From: Selaginella moellendorffii
Lineage: Eukaryota; Plantae; Lycopodiophyta
Reading direction: 5' to 3'
Length of the DNA: 64,000 nt
Assembly: GCF_000143415.4 (NCBI RefSeq)
Contig: NW_003314303.1
Span: 713,467-777,466 of the forward strand
A program made the translations under genes and the position numbers. This document shows positions 51,330 to 64,000 of the stretch, piece after piece. The first letter of the stretch is position 1. Each line of letters opens with the position of its first letter. Below the pieces are notes generated by a model, which ran no database searches, was not told the origin of the DNA, and worked only from the letters and a program-made list of their open reading frames with translations.

Positions 51330-52610
51330 GAGAAGATCTGCCGCACTTCCGCGACATCCACAATCCAGGCATATGCATCGATGATCACTCTGATCGTGCT
51401 ACAGTCCTAACTCTCCGGGCTCAAGCGATCAAACAGCACCCTAGCTTCCTTGATCCTCCCGGACTGAGCGTATGCCTCGCCTAGTCCTTGAGCATGGAGA
51501 TTGCGGAGTTGGGCGATGCAAATCAATCAAAGAGGAGCTTGGCCTGCTCAATCCTGCCACCAAATGCAAGTACTGTGACCATGGCATTGATCGTCAGGGC
51601 ATTGCGATGGGGCATCAGACCAAAGAGGAGCTGCGCCTCATCGAGATTGTTGCTCCTCATGTAGCCAGAGATGATTGCATTCCATGCCGCCACAACACAC
51701 TGCGGCATGGAATTGAAGAGTGCACATCTGGCCCCATATGGTGTGGGTGGAGATCATCAATGTCTACAATACCGTGTCTCGATCAGGCATGGAATCAAAC
51801 ACTTTTCTAGCATTGCCCACTCAATCACTCGTGAGGTAGGCAGCTAGGGAGTGAGTTCCACACGACCATGTTGTGCAACTCTATGGAATCAAACAAAATC
51901 TTTGTGTCCATGGCCAGTCCCTACTATGCATAAGCTCTGATCATTGTGCTCCAGGAGACAGGGTTTCTCTGTGGCATCACAGCGAAGAGAGCTTGAGCCT
52001 CACGGATATGGCCGCGAGAACCCATTGCTGTGATCATTAGGTTGTGTCTCTGAAAGGGGTTCTCTGAAATATCATGATTGCATCATTGATCCTCCCAGAC
52101 TCTGCAATCGCACCCAGGAGGCTGTTCCATGAGCAGCAGTCCCACTCGAGCATCTCAAAGAAAACAATGGCCATTTGCCCATTCGTGGCATTTTCCATAT
52201 TCATAGAGTTCCAAGAGGCTATAGTTCGTAATGGCATAGAATCAAATAGATCCTTCACATTTTCTAAATCATTTCTTGATGCCAAAACTGATATCATTGT
52301 TGTATATGACGAAACATCTCGCTCTGGCATCTCATTGAAGAGGGCACTGGCTTCCTCCAGATGCCAGTTTTGGGCATAGCACAAAAGCATCATGTTCCAA
52401 CAGATGACGTCTCTATGTGCCAGTGCAAGAAAAAAAATTTTCATTTTATCAACCATTCCGCAATCTGCATAGGCAGTGATCATCGTTATCCATGACATGA
52501 GACTGTAGAAAGGCATCCCATCAAACAATCACCATGCCTCCTCCAGATCCCTAGCCACGGCAATTGCTGCAATAGCAACATTTCAGCTGACAAGATTCTT
52601 CACTGGGTTT
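51330..52610 (-). pseudogene. PPR remnant copy 2
   Basis: ORF 52037-52528 with PPR-like repeats; homologous to 10100-11510. Confidence 0.8.
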
Positions 52611-53622
52611 TTCTGAAACACCTGCCTGGCCTCAAATAATCAAATAATCATGAATAATGATGTTAATGTTTGCTTTTAGCTAATAGGAGGTGGCCAATTG
52701 ATCAGCATTAACATTCAACCTTTTGTAGTGGAGATTTGCTGTGTTATTTAGATCTTATAATTCTCTTTAAGGAATTTGATAATTTTCTATGAAAAAACAT
52801 ATGCATATAGTTATTTTTTCAATTCTTCATATATGTTATTTTAATACTATTTTAATTTAATTTTTAATGTAATAGAACTAAATAATGTTTGCTAACTGGG
52901 CAGCATATGCTGGGCAATGACTAATGGGAAATAATACTGTTTTTTTTTCTTTTTTGGGAAACAAAATTTAGTAGCATGACGTTATATTTTTGAAACCACT
53001 TATGGGGTATGTGCCACAAGAGCATTCTTACGTCTGTGAGTTTTATCTGATGATCTCACCCAAAAGATTGATATCCCAATTAACTATCACCCAATGTCTC
53101 ACTTCACCTGAGTGCTTACAACAATGTTTCTACTATTGGTCTCTTTTTTTTTGGCAAACCAGAGTATGTTCCACAAACCATGAACATTGGCAATACTTGT
53201 CCTATTGCCCTCATTTGTGTGTGCATTTGGAGGTCTGCCATTTTGTGCTCTTCAGAACATCTCTAGAGAGATCACAGGTTGGGCAATGACCATTTGCCAA
53301 GTTTCAAATCAAAGAAAAACACTAAATAAAAAGTGCACCAAATCTAAGATGTTTGCCTTCAAGAGATGGCTAACCTTGGTTGTCTCCACACAAGCTGTGG
53401 GATAGATCATATCAAGGATTTGACACTCTGAAGAGAAAGCGTCCCTTCTTGTTGATGAAATCGGTCCAAAATGGTGCCATGCACGGAGGAATGTGTCCTG
53501 CGGCAAGAGTGGGCTTGTTTCGTATGTGAATTTCCGAGAAGGCAGACGGACTGAGATACGTATGTACTCTACCACGTAAAAGAATATTCTAATAAAATTA
53601 AGCATATTCCTTTTTCTCTCAA

Positions 53623-54354
53623 TCACTTTCCTCTGTACACCGCGGAGCGAGCCACGAGAAACTCTTTGAGCGCCTCGACTGTGGGCAGCGCGAGCTTGGC
53701 AGCGGGATGCGCGAGCACGGCCTGGAAGAAGTTGTGGAGACGCGGGCACTGTTCCTGGCTCGCGGGTTTCAAGCCCACAATCCCTGGGATCCACACCACG
53801 TAGGGGGCAAGCATCACATCCAAGAACGCCATTCTCGCGCCGCCAAAGAATGGGCCTTCTTCCTCATTGCCCAGCTTCGTGAATGCTCCCTCGAGAAGCT
53901 CGTAGTTCTCGCTAAACTCCTCGTTCTTGGCGTCTCCACGCATGGCATCTCGTCCCAGCCCGAATTTCACGAAGGACGAGAACGCCATGAATCGCATCAA
54001 GCAATCCAGAAGCTGTGCGATGGATCACATCAGGGATGTGTGGCTCTAGAGACACATACCTTCTTGTCGATGAAATCCGTCCAGAAGCGATACTCTGCGG
54101 GGAGGGAAGCGTCCGGAGGCAGCAGAGGAGATTCTCCGCGCCAGACCTCGTCGATGTACTGAACAATAACCACAATGGTTGTGGATGAGAACCGGGAACT
54201 TCTTGTGGATTGGATTGGATTCGAGCAGGAGCTGGCCCTTGTTCTTCAGGTCCTGGGGGAGATCATCGTGCTCGATGCCTTTGAGTAGCAATGCAATCTT
54301 TACTCGCAGAGAAAAGTGGCTCACCCGGGAGCTGAGCAGCGTCACACTTTCCAT
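53623..54354 (-). pseudogene. Tau-class GST (type c), frameshifted by small deletions after LIHN
   Basis: MESVTLLSSRVSHFSLRVKIALLLKG..SNPIHKKFPVLIHN then frame lost; intact exon 2 with GPFFGGARMAFLDV. Confidence 0.8.
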
Positions 54355-54534
54355 GGATCCGGAATGGATTGGAAAATGAGGTCTCGAGAGAACAGTAGAA
54401 TTGTAGAATGCGATCAATCCAAACAGTAGTGACATTGTCATTATGTTGTCTGATCAATGTTTTAGCTATCAATTAAAAATGACCATATGCTCAATCAAGA
54501 TATGGCTGGAAAAGTGTTATTCATGCAAAGGTTT

Positions 54535-55246
54535 CTACTTATTTCGGATTAATTCCTTGAGCTTCTCGACCGGGGGCAGTGCGCCCTTGGCAGCGGGATG
54601 CTCGGATACGGCCTCGAAGAACTTGTGGAGACGCGGGCACTGCTCCTCGCTGGCATGCTTCAAGCCCATCACTCCCACAACCCCGGGGGCGTAGGGAGCG
54701 AGCATCACATCTAAGAAGGAGAAGCTCGCGCCGCCCAAGAAGGGACCCTCTTGTTCACTCCCCAGCTTCGTCAAGGCCCCCTCGAGAAGCACGCAGTTGG
54801 CGATGAATTCCTCGTTTGCGGCATCTTTGTCGTTCCCGCGCACGAAACGCATCAAGCAGTCCAGCAGCTGTACAAGCAAAGGCGTGAGATCGAGTAGATT
54901 TCTCGAGATTTATAGAACATACCTTCTTGTCGATGAAATCGCTCCAGAAGCGGTGCTCTGCGCGGAGGAATGCGTCTTTCGGCAAGAGTGGCGATGTTCC
55001 AGGCCAAACCTCGTCGATGTAGTGGACGATGATGGCCGACTCCGCGATGGGCTTGCCCTTGTGGATGAGAACCGGGACCTTCTTGTGAACTGGATTGGAC
55101 TCAAGTAGGATCTTGCTCTTGTTGCCCAAATCCTCGGGGAGATCTTCGTGCTCGATGCCCTTGAGCAACAGTGCAAGCTTGGCTCGCATCGAGAAGGGGC
55201 TGGCCCAAAAGCTGAGCAGTGTTACATCTTGATCACTAGAAGCCAT
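54535..55246 (-). CDS. Tau-class GST (type a), intact two-exon gene
   Basis: Exon 1 almost identical to 303-626; exon 2 ends ..EKLKELIRNK*. Confidence 0.9.
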
Positions 55247-55609
55247 TGGAATTGGAAATCGAGAAGAAAGATCTGGAAATGCGAGAGGCTGGAGTCGCGC
55301 TTTATATAGTCCGTGTGATCCACGGAGCGAGGGGAGTTCCAGAACATAATTTGTACCTTTGTTAGGTCACGATTGACTGGGAAGAGATATTCGAGAAGAG
55401 ATCTTCGTGAATGTCGGTAGAACACTGAAGTTTTTAACCCGGTTATTCCCAAGCCCACCACCCGGGGCTGTCCCGAGCTTGTTCACTGTTTGATTTAGAA
55501 AGATCCTTGGAACCCCGGCTTCAAGACAGCAGAAGAATTTGATTTTGTCAACTGAGATCTTGCACTGGTAGATCAAAGCGACCACAGTTTGTTAGACCGA
55601 AGCCAAAGA

Positions 55610-56690
55610 TCACGATCGAGTGTCGCTAGAACACAAGTCTGTGAATAGCATCAGGTTATTCCGAGAGCCACCACCCGGTGCCGCTGCCTTTCTCGCCGCG
55701 TCCCTGAATTCCCTCGCTCTCGCCTTTCGAGCTTTGTCGCTGAAGATCCTCGCAATGGCCTCAGCAATCTCCTCCCGCTTCACAAACGCGTCGGAGCTCC
55801 TCACGTCCCAAACTTCCACCCCGATGCGGCAGCTCTCCGCCATGATCTTGCGGTTGAGCCCCTGCTCGTATATCCGAGGCCAGCAGATGATCGGCACGCC
55901 GCTGGAGACGCTCTCCAGGACCGAGTTCCATCCGCAGTGGCTCACGAATCCAGCTACTGCCCTGTGCGCCAGAACTTCTCTCTGCGGCGCCCATGAAACC
56001 CCTGAAAGGCTCCTCATTCACAGGCTCCACTGGACTTTCAAACTGGAGAAAGCTGTCCTTACTCGGCTCGAGAGACCGCATCGCTTCCAAAAGCTGCCGG
56101 GATCGGTGCGTAACCCTCGGAGAGTAATTCGGTGTTGTTCCCTCCCGGAAAGTCTCGCCCAGCACTGACTTTGTGGCTCTTGAAAACTGGCCAGCTTGCG
56201 ACTGTGTCTCGAGAGTTTGCGCGAGACAGCTTCTATCATCTTCGCCCTTTCCAACGAAGAGCCGTTCCTCTTAAGCATGTCACCCATTGTCTCTACCGGC
56301 ATTGTCTCGAGACCCATAAGTCTTGCCACTACACCCGGTGGTTTTGCTTTTGCACACGTTGAAAGAACGCTATGCTTCGCAGCTGGAATCTCAAAGCCAA
56401 ACTGGAAGATCATATGGTGAGACACACGAATAGAAAGAAAAAATAAAAGCAAAGAACACTTACGGGGATCCATCGAGAACTCGGGACTGGACAATCCAGG
56501 CTATTCCTCGGAGCTTCGACTCCTGGAAGAAAAATCTGAGGGGCTCGATCGACACGCAAGAAAAATCAATGCCGGTTTCGTATACCTTCTCGATTCCTCC
56601 TGCAAGATCGATTGGTGCTCCCGCTGGAGAAGATCCCGAATTGCTCATGCCTTGTACCAAACGATAATCTACCTCAAGATCCATCAATCC
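55610..56690 (-). pseudogene. TRM(5')-UGT(3') deletion-fusion remnant in unit 3
   Basis: UGT homology 55610-56000 joined via CCTG to TRM homology from ~56005; fusion is out of frame. Confidence 0.85.
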
Positions 56691-57195
56691 CTGACATTCT
56701 CGCGTGCGCGCTTACTTTGGAATGGAGAATCCCTCGCCCGGCGCTCGCGAAAGAGCTCCTCGATCGCGAAGAAAGGAATGATATAAAGAGGAAGACCTAG
56801 AAAGAAGAAAACGTGCCTTTGGAAGAGCGCAAATTCAAAGCTTCTTACCCGCCGCACGACATTGACCGCTGGTAAATTCTGGAGACTTTTACCAGATGAT
56901 CTCGTGAACAGTGTGACGGATATTCTATTAGGGTAGGAAAAAAAGATAACTTGATTGTAACCAATTTGTAAGAATTTAACTTGGATAATCAACTAAAGGT
57001 TAAATTAGATTTAATTTACCACGCTCCTGTTCATTAACGACTTGATCTGGAAATAAACTCCCGTGGATAAATTTGTAACAACAAATCCATTTTAATTCAA
57101 AGATAAATTGATTTTTTACTGCAATTTCCCCTCTCGCAACATCAGGTAATAAATTTCAGAGGGCTATATTTTTTCCACAAAATACTTCTTCAGTA

Positions 57196-59320
57196 AACCT
57201 GTCCTGACCACTTTTCTAATGGCGGGATTATGAGTTTTGGCTCGGCAGCCACTCCAAGATGTTGAAGGAAGCTCGGGTTGGGGCGTCACGCTTCAGTCTC
57301 AATGCTGATGCCGAAATACTCCAATTCTAATCAGATCTTTTATGTGCTCGAAGGTAAGAGATTGATTTTCTAGTATGTGAATTTTTTTCTCATGCATGCT
57401 AAAATTCCGGGATTTCCTCTCTTCGTTCAGGAAATGGTAAAGTAGGACTGACTTTTGCGGAGAGTCCCGGCGAATGTAAAGAAAGGCGATGCTATCGCTG
57501 TTCCTCACGGCACTGTCAACTGGTGGTTTAACTCATTTCATCCTTAAGTTAATCTACAATTGTAACTCTGCGAACTCTTGGCAGTGGTTGAGAGATGAGG
57601 AAGAACTCAAAAAAAATGAAAGCACAAGCCATCCCACCCTTGCCCAGCATTCCAACTCTCAAAATTCCCAATACTTCCCAATCACAAATCTGGCTCACAA
57701 ACTAATGAGCCAACACTTGCTCATCCAGTGGTGTTGTGGGTAGTTGGATTAGTTGGGTAGTTGGACTGTTGAAAAATGGGCGAAATGAGCTTGATTCTCA
57801 ACCGGCGACACTTTAGTGACCTCTTATGCACTGTAGTGAGCTCCATCCCAACATGTTTATATCCCTCAGAGTAACAGTGATGTTGGTAACTCTCAAGATC
57901 TAGAGGCCTTTGATCTTCTCAGCAGCAGTCTTGAACTCCTTCCTACATAAGGAGAAGCTAAAGGGAAACAAATGATAGGGATGATTTTCTTCTTGGAAAG
58001 ATTTACATTCAATTTCTTGTTGGTGATATCATATGCCCAAAAAGTTGTCAGTGATGCAGTGCTCTGGCATGCTAATGGCTTGGCCTACATGGTGAAATAA
58101 ACTTGCATAATGAGAAAGTTCACAACTTTTCATTTTCCTCTTAGTTTGTGTGTTATAACTCTTTCACGCCAACATTCACTTTATCCACTAAAACTCTGGA
58201 AAAGATGAAGACATTGTTTGCTCTCATTGGCTCTAGTTCTGTGTCCACTCTTGAAGAATAAAATGCTCGCTAGAAAAGGGAAATTAAAATTAAAATCAAC
58301 ATATTTAAAAAAGGAAATATTTATTATATTTTAAAGAAAGTTAATAAGTTAGATGATAGAATATTTTAGAACATCCAAGCATATTTTAGGTATATCCATT
58401 ATTGTTTGCTTAACAAAAAATCTTAATCATATACTCTACAAGGTTGAGGCTAGTGTAGTATTGAGGAAATAGATAGGATACTTTACTATTAGCTGAACAT
58501 CTTAAGGCTCTACAATGAGTTACACAATACTAATACATATTTGTCTTTTAAGACTAATAGATCACACTAGATGATGATGAAAAGCTGAGGTGAATGGCAT
58601 TTAAAATTATTACCATGGTGCAAGATAAAGCTCTAATACAACATTATGGGGAAGAATTGAACAACTTATGCAATATGGTCAATTGCTAGTCCACCTTAGC
58701 AAAAGTCTCCAGGAAAAACCCAATATCCTTGAGATGCGATACGAATACTTCCACCCTTTCCAATTATTCCTGGGCTGCAAGGAAAAGGAGTGGGGATCAC
58801 CACACGCTTCAAGTTGTGACCCAAGTGTGACAAGTCTTTGATCATTGTTTCCCCTCCTTTGCAAGACACACCGGTATAGGCAGTAAGTGATCAATTCCTC
58901 AGGGTCAAGCTTGTTGTTAGGATCCTATCCCTTACACCCTAAACCAACTGGCTAAAGGGGTGATCACTTGATTGCAAGGCCCTTTCTTTATCCTATTATC
59001 CTGACCTGGTGCCTAACACTTGTCCAGAATCTTGTTTGCATAGTACTGCATAGCTGCAGTAAACACAACTATCTTGTAGAGCTTTGCCATGTCTCACAGG
59101 AACTCGTCCACACCAGGCCGCATAGCCAAGCACTCCAGTTACACAACTTTCCCGCTGAAGAGCCTAAGCGTTGCCCCTGTCGGGCATGGATGAGGGTGTT
59201 GTCCATATCCAAAACCAACGTTGGCTTGTTTGGATCCAGAGGTGGTGGTAGAATACATGTAGTAATCTCACCCTTCGTTTTGACCTTCTTGGGCTGCTTG
59301 GATCTGAAAATCCCAATCTC
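57196..59320. pseudogene. Unit 3 copies of cupin (+), lipase (-) and NIF phosphatase (-) fragments
   Basis: Colinear homology with 46285-48290. Confidence 0.65.
58915..59018. mobile_element. 104-bp solo LTR-like insertion
   Basis: TGTTAGG...CCTAACA termini, perfect TSD CTTGT, absent from orthologous sites at ~6610 and ~47975. Confidence 0.85.
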
Positions 59321-59369
59321 CATGCTCGCGCTTCATTTTCGACAGAACTAGAGGTTCAGCCTTTTTGTA

Positions 59370-60128
59370 CTAAGGGCTGGCTTTAGCTATCCAAACATGA
59401 TGATCGCTCACTAAGCGAGCCTGGGTAAACTCTTTGAGCTTCTCGATCTGTGGCAGTGCCACTTTTGCCGAAGGATGCTCGGTCACAGCCCCGAAGAGTT
59501 TGTGGAGACGCGGGCATTGCTCCTGGCTCGTGGGCTTCAAGCCCATCACTTGCTCAAGCGCTGGGATCCACACCGCAGAGGGTGCCAGCATCACATCCAA
59601 GAACGACATGCTCGCGCCACCAAAGAAGGGGCCCTCTTCCTCATCGCCCAGCTCCGCCAGAGCTCCCTCGAGAAGCAAACAGTCTTGGATGAACTCCTCG
59701 TTCACGGCAGCGCCGTTGCTGCGGATGAATCGGTCCAAGGAGTCGGAAATCTGCGTGATCGATAAGCAAGAAGAGTTATAGCAGCAAATTTCTCGAAGAA
59801 ATACCTTCTTCTCGAAGAAATCAGTCCAGAAGCGGTGCTGTGCGCGGAGGAATGCGTCCTGCGGCAAGAGTGGCGATGTTCCAGGCCAAACCTCGTCGAT
59901 GTAGTGGACGATGATGGCCGACTCTGCGATGGGCTTGCCCTTGTGGATGAGAACCGGGACCTTCTTGTGAACTGGATTGGACTCGAGTAGGAGCTTACTC
60001 TTGTTACCCAAATCCTGGGGGAGATCTTCGTGCTCGATGCCCTTGAGCAACAGTGCAAGCTTGACTCGCATGGAAAAGGGGCTGGGCCAAAAGCTGAGCA
60101 GTGTTACATCTTGATCGTGACAAGCCAT
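59370..60128 (-). CDS. Tau-class GST (type b) copy 3 with extended C-terminus
   Basis: Homologous to 6997-7725; 7-nt deletion at the stop gives ..LVSDHHVWIAKASP*. Confidence 0.85.
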   Translation of the reverse strand: MACHDQDVTLLSFWPSPFSMRVKLALLLKGIEHEDLPQDLGNKSKLLLESNPVHKKVPVLIHKGKPIAESAIIVHYIDEVWPGTSPLLPQDAFLRAQHRFWTDFFEKKVFLREICCYNSSCLSITQISDSLDRFIRSNGAAVNEEFIQDCLLLEGALAELGDEEEGPFFGGASMSFLDVMLAPSAVWIPALEQVMGLKPTSQEQCPRLHKLFGAVTEHPSAKVALPQIEKLKEFTQARLVSDHHVWIAKASP

Positions 60129-60879
60129 GGCCATGAGAAGAGAAGTTAGAAATGCAAATGGACTGAGGTTTAATTGGATGAAGGGTCCCCTTTTATAGCA
60201 TGTCCCACGCGGCTCTTCGACCAATTGCCAAGAAGGCAGACGAGAAAGCTAGTGTCCAAATAAGAATTAAACTTCCAGCAATCTATCATAATAAGGAGGG
60301 ATTTTTGGACCACCAATTTAGCCAATTCAATGTGAACTGTAAAAGGGTTATTTTTTTAACTAGTGAATAATCATGCTGATGTTTGCTCCTGGCCAATGGA
60401 AGGCTTTGTAACATGTGTCGCATGCAAAGTGTTAACAAGCAAAGAAAGCACTGTGAAAAATGAGTCGCCATTGTTGTTCCTGTTGGGTGATTGCTTGCCA
60501 ACTATCCAATGATAGAACAGTGTGGAGAGCAGGCTAACCATGATTGCGCCTGTTGCATATTGAGCAAATTATTTTTGTTTTGTAATGTTTTTCTAGGGTT
60601 TATGACCCTGCTGCTGCTGCTGATTCGCGATCCAAATCTGAGGCGCTGTGTCAATGCCACTGAAATGAACCATGTCCTAGTACTGTTTATGTTTGCACTT
60701 TCTTCTAATGTCTTCTAGTTTACTTTCTTTTCTTCTTCTGAAATGCCAAGAGTTCATTCTTTTCCTGATTTGGTTTTTCCAATACTTTGTGGTGTCTTTG
60801 CTCCCAAGAACCCCATCGCAAGTTCTCACTGTTTTTCCCCATCACTCGGCTTTTTTTCATTCTGTTCTTCTTTTCCTAG

Positions 60880-63350
60880 ATGAATATTTGAACCAAGAAG
60901 CAGAGAATGCAAAGACATTGTCTCTGCAACAGCCCATCATGTCCCCACCATGCTTCCAGAACCTTTTTTTAACACTGATGTGTTTCTTGAGAGGGCTAGG
61001 TAGGGTATGTTGTTATTTTTCATTTTTCTTTCATAACTTTGGTATTTTCATACAGGATGTGTCTCCACTTTTGGCTCTTCATTGCATTACCATGAGGAGT
61101 TCCATCAAATCAAGGTATTTGTGGTGCGTAGAATTTGTATGATCTTCATTCTTACTCCACTATCAGGAAATAGGATGAGGCAATTTTAGCTATGTTTATA
61201 AAGTTCTTAAAAGACTTGACGACTGCCTTTATGATGTAAAGTATTCCANNNNNNNNNNNNNNNNNNNNNNNNNNNNNNNNNNNNNNNNNNNNNNNNNNNN
61301 NNNNNNNNNNNNNNNNNNNNNNNNNNNNNNNNNNNNNNNNNNNNNNNNNNNNNNNNNNNNNNNNNNNNNNNNNNNNNNNNNNNNNNNNNNNNNNNNNNNN
61401 NNNNNNNNNNNNNNNNNNNNNNNNNNNNNNNNNNNNNNNNNNNNNNNNNNNNNNNNNNNNNNNNNNNNNNNNNNNNNNNNNNNNNNNNNNNNNNNNNNNN
61501 NNNNNNNNNNNNNNNNNNNNNNNNNNNNNNNNNNNNNNNNNNNNNNNNNNNNNNNNNNNNNNNNNNNNNNNNNNNNNNNNNNNNNNNNNNNNNNNNNNNN
61601 NNNNNNNNNNNNNNNNNNNNNNNNNNNNNNNNNNNNNNNNNNNNNNNNNNNNNNNNNNNNNNNNNNNNNNNNNNNNNNNNNNNNNNNNNNNNNNNNNNNN
61701 NNNNNNNNNNNNNNNNNNNNNNNNNNNNNNNNNNNNNNNNNNNNNNNNNNNNNNNNNNNNNNNNNNNNNNNNNNNNNNNNNNNNNNNNNNNNNNNNNNNN
61801 NNNNNNNNNNNNNNNNNNNNNNNNNNNNNNNNNNNNNNNNNNNNNNNNNNNNNNNNNNNNNNNNNNNNNNNNNNNNNNNNNNNNNNNNNNNNNNNNNNNN
61901 NNNNNNNNNNNNNNNNNNNNNNNNNNNNNNNNNNNNNNNNNNNNNNNNNNNNNNNNNNNNNNNNNNNNNNNNNNNNNNNNNNNNNNNNNNNNNNNNNNNN
62001 NNNNNNNNNNNNNNNNNNNNNNNNNNNNNNNNNNNNNNNNNNNNNNNNNNNNNNNNNNNNNNNNNNNNNNNNNNNNNNNNNNNNNNNNNNNNNNNNNNNN
62101 NNNNNNNNNNNNNNNNNNNNNNNNNNNNNNNNNNNNNNNNNNNNNNNNNNNNNNNNNNNNNNNNNNNNNNNNNNNNNNNNCAGCACCCTGGCTTCCTTGA
62201 TCCTCCTAGACTGAGCGTATGCCTCACCCAGTCCTCGAGTATGGAGATTGCGGAGTTGGGCGATGTGAATCGATCAAAGAGGAGCTTGGCCTGCTCAATC
62301 CTGCCACCAAATGCGAGTGCTGTGACCATGGCATTGATCGTCAGGGCGTTGTGATGGGGCATCAGACCAAAGAGGAGCTGCGCCTCATCAAGATTGCTGC
62401 TCCTCATGTAGCTAGAGATGATCGCATTCCATGCCGCCGCAACACACCACGGCATGGAATTGAAGAGTGCACATCTGGCCCCGTATGGCATGGGTGGAGA
62501 TCATCGATGTCTACAATACTGCATCTTGATCAGGCATGGAATCAAACACTTTTCTAGCATTGCCCACTCAATCACTCACGAGGTAGGCAGCCAGGGAGTG
62601 AGTTCCATGTGACTGTGTTGTGTGACTCTATGGAATCAAACATGATCTTTGCATCCATGGCCAATACCTGCTGTGCATAAGCTCTGATCATTGTGCTCCA
62701 GAAGACAGGGTTTCTCTGTGGCATCATGGCGAAGAGAGCTTGAGCCTCACGGATATGGCCGCGAGAACCAATTGCTGTGATCATTAGGTTGTGTCTTTGA
62801 AAGGGATTCTCTGAAATATCATGATTGCATCGTTGATCCTCCCAGATTCTGCAATCGCACCCAAGAGGCTGTTCCACGAGCAGCAGTCCCACTCGGGCAT
62901 CTCAAAGAAAACAATGGCCATTTGCCCATTCGTGGCATTTTCCATATTCATAGAGTTCCAAGAGGCTATAGTTCGTAATGGCATAGAATCAAACAGATCC
63001 TTCACATTTTCTAAATCATTTCTTGATGCCAAAACTGATATCATTGTTGTATATGACGTAACATCTCGCTCTGGCATCTCATTGAAAAGGGCACTGGCTT
63101 CCTCCAGATGCCAGTTTTGGGCATAGCACAAAAGCATCATGTTCCAGCAGATGATGTCTCTATGTGCTAGTGCAAGAAAACAATTTTTCATTTTATCAAC
63201 CATTCTGCAATCTGCATAGGCAGTGATCATCATTATCCATGACACGAGACTGTAGAAAGCCATCCCATCAAACAATCACCATGCCTCCTCCAGATCCCCA
63301 GCCGCGGCAATTGCTGCAATAGCAACATTCCAGCCGACAAGATTCTTCAC
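60880..63350. pseudogene. Unit 3 WEE1-like (+, mostly in N gap 61249-62180) and PPR (-, 62181-63350) remnants
   Basis: Colinear homology with units 1 and 2. Confidence 0.7.
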
Positions 63351-64000
63351 TGGGTTTTTCTGAAGCACCCGCCTGGCCTCAAATAACCATGAGTAATGAT
63401 GTTAATGTTTGCTTTTAGCCAATAGGAGGTGGCCAATTGATCAGCATTAACATTTAACCTTTTGTAGTGGAGATTTGTTGTGTTATTTAGATCTTATAAT
63501 TCCCTCTAAGGAATTTGATAATTTTCTATGAAAAAGCATATGCATATAGTTATTTTTTCAATTCTTCTTTCAAAGTGGAATATAATATATGTTATTTTAA
63601 CACTATTTTAATTTAATTTATAATGTAATAAAACTATGATAATCAAAATAATGTTTGCTAACTGGGTAGTATATGTTGGCCAATGACTAGTGGGAAATAA
63701 TACTGTTTTTTTTCCTTTTTGGGAAACAAAATGTGGTAACATGACGTTATATTTATGAAACCACTTATGGGGTACGTGCCACAACATTTTACATTTCTGC
63801 TGGAGCATTCTTATGTCTGTGAGTTTTATCTGATAATCTGACCCAAAAGATTGATATCCCAATCAACTGTCACCCAATGTCTCGCTTCACCTGAGTGCTT
63901 TATCTCTGAAACAACAATGTTTCTACTATTGGTCTCTTTTTTTTTTGCAAACCAGAATATGTTCCACGGACCATGAACATTGCAAGTGATTGCAATACTT

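Larger units (their letters stand above)
1..64000. repeat. Tandem segmental array, ~12.6-13 kb unit, about three copies
   Basis: UGT ends at 999, 13578, 55610; GST-b at 6997, 48370, 59370; position 1 sequence recurs at 54621. Confidence 0.92.

Overview
Eukaryotic plant DNA with very short (~50 nt) introns. A compact lycophyte genome such as Selaginella is my inference, not confirmed. The backbone is a tandem array of ~12.6-13 kb units, with about three copies in the window. Each unit carries tau-class GSTs, a UDP-glycosyltransferase (UGT), a TRM/LONGIFOLIA-like gene, and decayed fragments of cupin, lipase-3, NIF/CTD-phosphatase, WEE1-like kinase and PPR genes. The UGT of unit 2 is split by a 28.5-kb insert (14897-43372) that is circularly permuted: it starts and ends inside the integrase of one chromoviral Ty3/gypsy element, whose LTRs and TATGG target duplication face inward. 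This pattern points to re-integration of a circular DNA. Nested in the insert are a second gypsy element, a 1.9-kb solo LTR, a 5S-bearing Cassandra-type TRIM plus its solo LTR, and a 13.3-kb DNA transposon (22711-36027). The transposon has 24-bp perfect TIRs and a 4-bp TSD. It encodes a Sola1-like DDE transposase and a divergent, large multi-exon protein with ParB-like, degenerate methyltransferase-like and HAD/FCP1-like regions. It also carries at least 15 copies of a 22-bp palindrome (many in its introns) and internal TTTAGGG tracts. This transposon is the best candidate for an undescribed system. Domain calls are by motif recognition only; no searches were run.
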